Shown here: one piece after another, positions 57,276-64,000 of the stretch
How the letters are laid out: each line of letters starts with the position of its first letter
Position numbering within the stretch: the first letter of the stretch is position 1
NCBI GenBank assembly: GCA_028748975.1
Contig: JAQTPI010000005.1
Coordinates: forward strand, 8,933 to 72,932
Source: Patescibacteria group bacterium
GTDB taxonomy: Bacteria; Patescibacteriota; Patescibacteriia; UBA2196
DNA length: 64,000 nt
Direction of reading: 5' to 3'
Program-made: the position numbers and the translations under genes
Notes under the pieces: model-generated
Databases searched by the model: none
What the model saw: only the letters and a program-made list of their open reading frames with translations
What the model was told of the DNA's origin: nothing

Positions 57276-58208
57276 TTAATATTCTAAAATATTATCACTA
57301 AAATAGGATTCAACAATCACTTTTCCTGATCCCGAAACAATCTCACCAATAATGTCCATGTTTTCATTTTCACTAATAATTTCTTTTGCCTTTTCTTCTG
57401 TTACGGAAAAGATGAAGCCAATGCCACAATTAAAAATTTTATACATATCTTCTTCTAAAACTCCTTTGGAATGCAAATCTTCAAATATCTGTTGTGGCCG
57501 CAATTTGTGGTTTCTTGATATTTTGACGTCAGCTTCAACCAATAAATCTTTCAATTTTGTGTAAGCTCCGCCGGTAATATGCATCAGGCCGTGGAGGTCG
57601 TATTTTTTATCAAGTTCCAAAATTTTATCAAGATAAATCGCCGTTGGTTCCACAAATTCAGCTCTCTGCTCTTCACCAAAAACTTCCCTTACTTTTGTAA
57701 AACCATTGGAATGCAGGCCATTGCTTTTGATTCCGATTAACCTATCTCCGATAATAAATTTATTTGGCTTAAAATTTTCAATAAAACCAGAAATCGTGAT
57801 GCCAATATCAAGGCAATCAAAATTATTATGGACTGATGTTTCGCCGCCGGTAATTGCTATCTTTCTTTTTTGGCATTCGGCGGAAAGCGCTTCTATAATT
57901 TCAATGATTCCGCTGTCTTCTTTGGGCACGGTTATGTGATTTTGCAACTTATATGGCACGGCTCTGGCCAAGGCTAAATCATTCAAATTCATGGCCAAAG
58001 CGTCCAAAACCGCGTTTTTAAAAGTTCTTTCCCGCCAATGATAAAATCCTTTTGTACCGATCCCGTCGGTGTGATCAACCTCTAATCCGGAAAATTTCTT
58101 TTCTATAATTGGGTAAATTCCATCTTTAACCTCAACAAAAGGCGTATTCCAAGTTTGTCTAATCAAATCTATTGTTTGTTTTTTATAAGGTTTGACGGGA
58201 TTATACAT
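57276..58208 (-). CDS. purM: AIR synthase (PurM)-like protein
   Basis: TDGIGTK, AMNLNDL, GGET, SNGLHSNGF, HITGG, FNCGIG. Confidence 0.8.
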   Translation of the reverse strand: MYNPVKPYKKQTIDLIRQTWNTPFVEVKDGIYPIIEKKFSGLEVDHTDGIGTKGFYHWRERTFKNAVLDALAMNLNDLALARAVPYKLQNHITVPKEDSGIIEIIEALSAECQKRKIAITGGETSVHNNFDCLDIGITISGFIENFKPNKFIIGDRLIGIKSNGLHSNGFTKVREVFGEEQRAEFVEPTAIYLDKILELDKKYDLHGLMHITGGAYTKLKDLLVEADVKISRNHKLRPQQIFEDLHSKGVLEEDMYKIFNCGIGFIFSVTEEKAKEIISENENMDIIGEIVSGSGKVIVESYFSDNILEY

Positions 58209-58209
58209 T

Positions 58210-58911
58210 TTAATAGTTCACAAAATACTTAATCTTTGCTGCGGCTTTGAGGGAGGCAATTAAAGCGGTGGCTTCGGTGCTCATTTTTTGTTGCATCAGC
58301 TGGGTTTTGATTTGTTCATTATAGGTTGTTTCTTGTCCTGCCGGAACGGTGATTTTATTGTCAGTAATATATTGTTTAATTTCCGCGTCAGTCACGCCAA
58401 CTTTGTCCGCCAAAAGTTTTTCCAATTTTTTATTGATTAAAATTTGTTTTTCAAAAATTTCCTGCGTTAGGCCTTGGGCTGCCAGGGCTTCGGCCAAAGT
58501 TCCACCTTGCGCTTTAACTTGGTCTTCCACAATTTTGATTTCCGCGGCGACTTCTTCGTCGGTTATTTTAATTCCATTTTTGTCCGCTTCGGCGTTGATT
58601 AATTTTTCGGTAATGAGCGAATCCAAAGCGCTTTTGCCGGAAACTTTTTCTAATTCGGAAACGACGGCATGGCGGCTGATAAGTGAACCATTTACGCTCG
58701 CGGCGAAAAATTGGCCTTTAAAAACATAGGCCAAAATCAAAATCACGATGACCGCGCCGGCAATGATTAAAACCTTGGGGCTGAAACTGACGCTGAATTT
58801 TTTCTTAGGTTTTTCTTCCACAATGATTTCTTCGACCACAACCGGGTTTTCTTCGGGGGTGGTTAAAACTTCCTCCAAAATTACGTCCTCTAAATTTTGT
58901 TCGTTGTCCAT
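58210..58911 (-). CDS. SurA N-terminal/PrsA-like membrane-anchored chaperone
   Basis: TM, ASVNG..I, L..LI.EKLI..EA...GI.IT.EEV. Confidence 0.8.
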   Translation of the reverse strand: MDNEQNLEDVILEEVLTTPEENPVVVEEIIVEEKPKKKFSVSFSPKVLIIAGAVIVILILAYVFKGQFFAASVNGSLISRHAVVSELEKVSGKSALDSLITEKLINAEADKNGIKITDEEVAAEIKIVEDQVKAQGGTLAEALAAQGLTQEIFEKQILINKKLEKLLADKVGVTDAEIKQYITDNKITVPAGQETTYNEQIKTQLMQQKMSTEATALIASLKAAAKIKYFVNY

Positions 58912-58941
58912 AAAAATATAGGTTAGTTGATAAAAATTTAG

Positions 58942-59703
58942 TTATTTTTTACAAACATAGAAAACGGCTGGGTGTTTTCTTGTATCTTTTTTTGATATTT
59001 GTAAATTGCGATTAATTTCAATTATTTTAAAGCCAGCTGACTTAATTTGGTTTTTAACTTTTTTTACTGATGCTATATGAATGTATTGCTTTGTTTTATA
59101 AATTTTACTACTGTCTCCAATTTCTCTGGAAAAAAATCTGTCGCCGAAATCAATTTCATCAATCTTAAATCCTAATGGTTTTAATATAAAAAATCTTAGC
59201 CATTGCCAAACCCAAAAGAAAAAATAATTGCTTAACCAAACTCTGGGATGGGCGGTAAAAATGCAAATTCCGCCGTCTTTAAGAACTCTTTTCATTTCTT
59301 TAAGGGCTTTTAATCTTTCTTCTTTACCAGGAATATGCGTCCAGCCCTGATTGGAAAATAATATATAGTCAAAATAATTATCAGCAAAATCAAGTTTTGT
59401 AGCATCGCCAACCTTGTAATCTATATCTAAATTTTTTTCTTTAGCTATTCTCTTCGCGCTATTAATCATTTCAGGAACAAGATCCACGGCTGTAATTTTA
59501 TAACCTTGTTTAAAAAGAGGAATTGAAGTTCTGCCAGTGCCGCAACCCAAATCAAGAATGCTGCCTTTGTTTTTAAAATATTTTGAAATTAAATAATTTT
59601 CACTGTCCCAAAGGCCATCCCCTACCAATTTGGAATATCTTTCTTGGGCGTTTTCGCCGCCAAATTCTTCTATCATGCGTTTTTTAAGTTCTTCTGTTTG
59701 CAT
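58942..59703 (-). CDS. Class I SAM-dependent methyltransferase
   Basis: [24 protein letters not shown]; start moved to ATG at 59703, outside the tRNA. Confidence 0.9.
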   Translation of the reverse strand: MQTEELKKRMIEEFGGENAQERYSKLVGDGLWDSENYLISKYFKNKGSILDLGCGTGRTSIPLFKQGYKITAVDLVPEMINSAKRIAKEKNLDIDYKVGDATKLDFADNYFDYILFSNQGWTHIPGKEERLKALKEMKRVLKDGGICIFTAHPRVWLSNYFFFWVWQWLRFFILKPLGFKIDEIDFGDRFFSREIGDSSKIYKTKQYIHIASVKKVKNQIKSAGFKIIEINRNLQISKKDTRKHPAVFYVCKK

Positions 59704-59710
59704 ACCCAGT

Positions 59711-59784
59711 TGGCTGCGGGACATGGATTCGAACCATGATAAACAGCTTCAAAGGCTGCTGTCCTACCATTAGACGATCCCGCA
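59711..59784 (-). tRNA. tRNA-Gln(TTG)
   Basis: Cloverleaf; GCAGC-CTTTGAA-GCTGT; encoded CCA. Confidence 0.95.
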
Positions 59785-59937
59785 ACAGTTTAATTTCTAA
59801 TTTTCAATTTTTAATTTCTAATAACGCAATTATGTGCGCCTATCGGCGAAGTGTATAAACCTCACCCTGCCCCCTCCTTGGTAAGGAGAGGGGGGCGGTT
59901 CCCTTATTACTCTATTACTCTATTACTTTATTACTTG

Positions 59938-61617
59938 TTATTCCACCACCACTCCCCCAAAATCTTCCAAGACCATATTAATCGGCTCGGCGGCGGCTTC
60001 TTTTTTTTGTTCGCGGGCTTTGACGGCGGCGGCTTTCAAGTCGCTTGGCAAAACCGAGCATTTGACCACGAAATCGCAAGCAAAGGCCTTTTTCAAAATT
60101 TCTTCCAGAATTTTGCGCGCTTTGATTTCTTTAAAACGTTCGCAATAAAAAGAATGTTCAAAACCGATTTCCAAATTATTTTCTTTCAAATTCAAGACGT
60201 GCGCAGTTTGCAGAGCGATGGCAGCTGATTGGTTAACAGTGTGGCTGGCCACAATTACTTCCGGCCAGCGATTATTAATTTCTTCCAAAGTTAGATTGAT
60301 TAGAATTTCCTGCTTTTTATCGCTACCAGCAGCCACTGTGTCATCCCGGACTCCGATCCGGGATCCATTTTCCTCTTTTCTGGATTCCGGGTCAAGCCCG
60401 GAATGACAGACGGATTTATCTTTTTTATTTTCTGGTATTTCAGTTTTTACTTCTACCGGAGTTTCTTTTTTTATAGTTTTGGCTGGTGTCACGGCAGTTT
60501 TTACCACTTGCGGCGCCAGCGGAACATAATTATTTAACGAATCTTCGCAAAGTTCAATCACGCCCATCTCTAATGGCAATTGTGAAATTTCGGCGCGCTT
60601 CAAATCATTCAGGCGCGCCATAAAGACATCCATAATTTTTAAAATTTGACTGGCTTCGGCTTCTTTGGCTTGCGCATACATTTGCTCGCCTGTTTCCTGC
60701 CAGCCGTCGGTTTCCACGCCCAATTTAATTAAAATCAATTTACGCAGATATTCAATCAAATCAGCGGTAAAATGCTCCAAATCAACCCCCTCCTCCACCA
60801 AAGTATTAACCAACTCCAGCGCTTCTTTGGCATTTTTTTTAATTAAAAATCCGGCCAAGCGCGCCACCAATTCAAAATCCGAGCGTGGCAAAATGGCCGC
60901 GGCGTCTTCAATTTTAATGTCTCTTTTACCCAAAGACAACACCTGGCCCAGCAAACTTAGCGAATCGCGGACAAAACCGCCGGTTAAAGTCACGATATTT
61001 TTAACCACCGCGTCGTCAAGATTGAAACCCTCTTCTTTGGCAATATTTTTCAAATACGGAGCCAAGACTTTGGCATCCACGCGGCGAAAATCAAAGTGCT
61101 GGCAGCGAGAAACGATGGTTTCCGGCAGTTTATACAGTTCGGTGGTGCATAGAATGAAGATGCAGTGCGCTGGCGGCTCTTCCATGGTTTTAAGTAGCGC
61201 GTTAAAAGAAGAAGAGGAAAGCATGTGGACTTCGTCAATAATGAAAATTTTAAATTTATCGCGGTAAGGAGTGAAGCGCGCGCTGTCCACAATGTTATCG
61301 CGAACTTTATCAACCTGGGTGTTGGAAGCGGCGTCAACTTCAATCATATCCAAGGATTTGCCTTCTTTAATTTCCAAACAGGATGGGCACTGGTCGCAGG
61401 GTTCAAATTCGCCATTTTTTCTTTGGTGGCAATTTAAAGCCTTGGCCATGAGCCGCGCCACGGTGGTTTTGCCAATGCCTCTCGGCCCCGCGAAAAGATA
61501 GGCATGCGAAACAGCCCCGGTTTTGATTTCATTTTCCAGAGTTAATTTGATATGGTTTTGCCCGATTAATTCAGCAAAAGTCTGTGGGCGGTATTTGCGG
61601 TAAAGAGTGAGGGACAT
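59938..61617 (-). CDS. dnaX: DNA polymerase III gamma/tau subunit
   Basis: LYRKYRP, GPRGIGKTT, IDEVHML, TIVSRCQ. Confidence 0.96.
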   Translation of the reverse strand: MSLTLYRKYRPQTFAELIGQNHIKLTLENEIKTGAVSHAYLFAGPRGIGKTTVARLMAKALNCHQRKNGEFEPCDQCPSCLEIKEGKSLDMIEVDAASNTQVDKVRDNIVDSARFTPYRDKFKIFIIDEVHMLSSSSFNALLKTMEEPPAHCIFILCTTELYKLPETIVSRCQHFDFRRVDAKVLAPYLKNIAKEEGFNLDDAVVKNIVTLTGGFVRDSLSLLGQVLSLGKRDIKIEDAAAILPRSDFELVARLAGFLIKKNAKEALELVNTLVEEGVDLEHFTADLIEYLRKLILIKLGVETDGWQETGEQMYAQAKEAEASQILKIMDVFMARLNDLKRAEISQLPLEMGVIELCEDSLNNYVPLAPQVVKTAVTPAKTIKKETPVEVKTEIPENKKDKSVCHSGLDPESRKEENGSRIGVRDDTVAAGSDKKQEILINLTLEEINNRWPEVIVASHTVNQSAAIALQTAHVLNLKENNLEIGFEHSFYCERFKEIKARKILEEILKKAFACDFVVKCSVLPSDLKAAAVKAREQKKEAAAEPINMVLEDFGGVVVE

Positions 61618-61850
61618 AATTATGGTTGGTTGTCATTCCGAGGAGAGAAACGACGAGGAATCCTGTAAATTTTATATTTAATGTCAAAATCCCAATGTCA
61701 AATGACCAATCAATGTCAAAATCCAAAATCCTAAAAAATTACGCGCTCTGTAGCCATTTGACATTTAACCATTAGTCATTGATTTGGCATTGGAAATTTG
61801 ACATTTGGCATTCACAACTGACGAGATCCTTCAGCCGATATCTATCGGCT

Positions 61851-62408
61851 TCAGGATGACACCCCCTTGTCATCACCACCTTTTATCACATTCTCCAGCG
61901 CCGCCTGACTGGCCTCCAGGCCTTTCGGAATCAAAATTATGACTTCATCGCCGGCCTCGCCTTTGAAATAGGTGACGGAGGCGTGAAGCAGTTTATAACT
62001 TTTGCCATTGTCCAAAAGCGCGCGATATTCATCTTTTTCGCTGTCATAAAGAAGTTTGCCTTTCTGGCGTTCGCGTTCCTGGGGCTTGATTTGCTTATAA
62101 ACAAAAGTGCCGTCAGATTTAATAACCAGTTTTAAAACATCACCTTCCACCAGTTTGGATTTGGAGGCATAGTTGGCGGGCACGCTGTATTCTTTTTCGT
62201 CCGGACCAATCATACAGACGCCATTAAAAACACCCTCCACAATTTGTTCCTCGCCGTCTTGCGATTGATTAAGGTCCAGCCGCCGCGCCATAATATGGGC
62301 GGAGTCTTCGCCGCCAGTCAGTTCTTCCATAATTTCCCGCGCCTGCCTTAAATTTATTTCGGCCGTTTCAATTAAATTTTTGAGTTCTAAAAGTTTTTTG
62401 TTTTTCAT
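61851..62408 (-). CDS. Conserved hypothetical protein (CPR-type)
   Basis: EGVFNG..M...Y.VPANYASKSKLVEGD.LKL...G.F.YKQI; stop codon supplied by a REP element. Confidence 0.75.
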   Translation of the reverse strand: MKNKKLLELKNLIETAEINLRQAREIMEELTGGEDSAHIMARRLDLNQSQDGEEQIVEGVFNGVCMIGPDEKEYSVPANYASKSKLVEGDVLKLVIKSDGTFVYKQIKPQERERQKGKLLYDSEKDEYRALLDNGKSYKLLHASVTYFKGEAGDEVIILIPKGLEASQAALENVIKGGDDKGVSS

Positions 62409-62433
62409 ATGTTTATTTTTATTTTTATTCGTA

Positions 62434-62555
62434 ATGTCATCCTGACGACCCGCGACAGCAGTCGGGGGAGGAAGGATCTCGTAGCGGTGTCATCCCGGGC
62501 TTGACCCGGGATCCAGTAACCGTTTTTCTGGATTCCCGCTTTCGCGGGAATGACA
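62434..62555. repeat. REP-like cluster
   Basis: GTCATCCTGACGACC..., GTCATCCCGGGCTTGACCCGGGATCCA and TGGATTCCCGCTTTCGCGGGAATGAC. Confidence 0.85.
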
Positions 62556-62762
62556 AGTTTTTATTTTTGTTTTGATTTTTTATTTTTATTTTTTTATTAT
62601 CCCCTTATTACTTATTATTAGTTACTTATTACCAGTAATTTACCCTCTAATTCTACCTCATTTTGGCCGGTATTGTCAAAATGTGATATAATTTACACGA
62701 GATCCCTCGACTCGGCCGATTGCTATCGGCCTCGCTCGGGATAAACTGTAAAAAAGAAAAAC

Positions 62763-64000
62763 ATGGACCACCAAATAGGACAATTAATGCTCAAAGCGGA
62801 AAACGCCAGTTCCCAAATGGAAGTTTTCAGCGCTGACGACGAATTAGCCAAAGAATCAAATCTGGGCCGTTTTTTTGCTATTTTGGAAATTTCCTCGCGC
62901 GAAAAAAAGGCAAAAAAAGCGGCGCTCCAAATTATTGAAATGGTCAAAAAAGATTACTATGACTCCCCCACTTCTGACCCGGAAAATTCACTGGAAGAAG
63001 TCTGCCAAAACCTAAACCAGCAGTTGCCGGAAATTATTGAAAACCCCAAAATCTGGCTGCCTAAATTTAATATTTTCATTGGCGCCATTAAAGACGAAAA
63101 AATCTGCCTGTCATCCTTTGGCCGCTTTAAAGCTTTTTTGGCGCGTGATAACAAACTGAACGCCATTATTCCGGAAGAAGAACGCAATCTCAAAAACAAA
63201 TCGCTGAAAATTATGTCGCATTTGATTGTGGGCGAACTGAAACCCGGCGACAGCTTGATTTTTTCCACGGTTTCTCTGTTTGATTTTTTCGCCCGGGAAA
63301 AAATTAAAAAAACAATTCAAACCTTAAATCCGGAGCAAAGCACGGAGTATTTTAAAAATTTGCTTTTGGAAAACAACGGGCCGGTTTCTTTTGGCGCTTT
63401 AATTTTAAAAATACAGTCGGCGCCGGCGGCAGAAGAAATCCCCAGCTACAAACCCCTCTCGGAATTCTACAGCACCAAAGATTCCATGGATAATCTGATT
63501 AACATGGAAAGAAAAACGACAAAAATTATGACTACTTCTTTTTGGCCAGGAATTAAAAATTCTTTGGCTAAACTGAAAAAAACTCCTTTGGCCAAAGCCA
63601 AGAAAGATTTAAAAATAGACGAGCAGCCAAAAGTGGCGCTGGCTTCACTCAAAACAAGGGTTTCCTCCTGGCGGGGCTTATTACCGCTACCAGCAGCCAA
63701 AAAAATTAAAGTCAATCTGGGCGACGGTTGGCAAAAAATTACTTCTTTCTTTAAAAGTTTCCAAAAATTAAACCGTCGGACAAAGATTGCTGGCTATGCC
63801 ATTGTGGCTCTTTTGATTCTCTTTGTCATCAGTTTGCCATTGGCCGGCAGCTATCAGCGCCAAAGAGCGGCCAATAAAAAATTTGATGAACAAGTAACGG
63901 CGGTGGAAGATAAAATCGCGAAAGCGGAAGCGGAATTAATTTATAAAAATGAAGCGGGCGCGGCGGCTAATCTCAAAGAGGCACAAATGGCTTTTCTAAA
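62763..64000 (+). CDS. Large hypothetical protein with a degenerate PP2C-like N-terminal domain and TM (runs off the window)
   Basis: Manual translation MDHQIGQLMLKAENASS...GRFFAILEI...GELKPGDSLIFST; appears open to the window end. Confidence 0.6.
   Translation, partial: MDHQIGQLMLKAENASSQMEVFSADDELAKESNLGRFFAILEISSREKKAKKAALQIIEMVKKDYYDSPTSDPENSLEEVCQNLNQQLPEIIENPKIWLPKFNIFIGAIKDEKICLSSFGRFKAFLARDNKLNAIIPEEERNLKNKSLKIMSHLIVGELKPGDSLIFSTVSLFDFFAREKIKKTIQTLNPEQSTEYFKNLLLENNGPVSFGALILKIQSAPAAEEIPSYKPLSEFYSTKDSMDNLINMERKTTKIMTTSFWPGIKNSLAKLKKTPLAKAKKDLKIDEQPKVALASLKTRVSSWRGLLPLPAAKKIKVNLGDGWQKITSFFKSFQKLNRRTKIAGYAIVALLILFVISLPLAGSYQRQRAANKKFDEQVTAVEDKIAKAEAELIYKNEAGAAANLKEAQMAFL

Noticed and set aside
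59704-59724. ORF-track start of the methyltransferase at 59724
   Set aside because: Lies inside tRNA-Gln; ATG at 59703 preferred.
60440-60480. dnaX -1 frameshift site (A AAA AAA with a nearby -1 stop)
   Set aside because: A-runs are common in this AT-rich DNA; no A AAA AAG, internal SD or properly spaced stem.

Overview
AT-rich bacterial chromosome segment (genetic code 11) whose gene content suggests a Patescibacteria/CPR (Parcubacteria-like) organism; this is an inference from CPR-style pilin, DUF4012, Gmad2/GerMN and CxxC-x17-CxxC genes and housekeeping genes that mostly lack a Shine-Dalgarno site. It carries housekeeping genes (gltX, priA, def, rpmG, fba, tpiA, proS, rseP, frr, holB, cysS, dusB, ftsEX, lepA, dnaX), cell-envelope genes and nine canonical tRNAs. 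Four things stand out. (1) A ~5 kb island at about 47.5-52.6 kb with almost no protein coding, packed with GC-rich nested-helix elements (the largest ~1.3 kb), a tRNA-Pro, a D-armless tRNA-like gene, a five-copy 17-nt motif and small membrane-peptide cassettes; this is a candidate undescribed large-ncRNA system. (2) A tRNA-Asn nested inside the anticodon loop of a second, remodelled tRNA-Asn. (3) Many REP/RPE-like palindromes, at least 14 of them inserted in-frame into conserved proteins. (4) A tRNA-flanked cluster of a CoaB/class II aldolase fusion, a methyltransferase and an aminotransferase. All RNA structures were read by eye; no folding program or database search was run.
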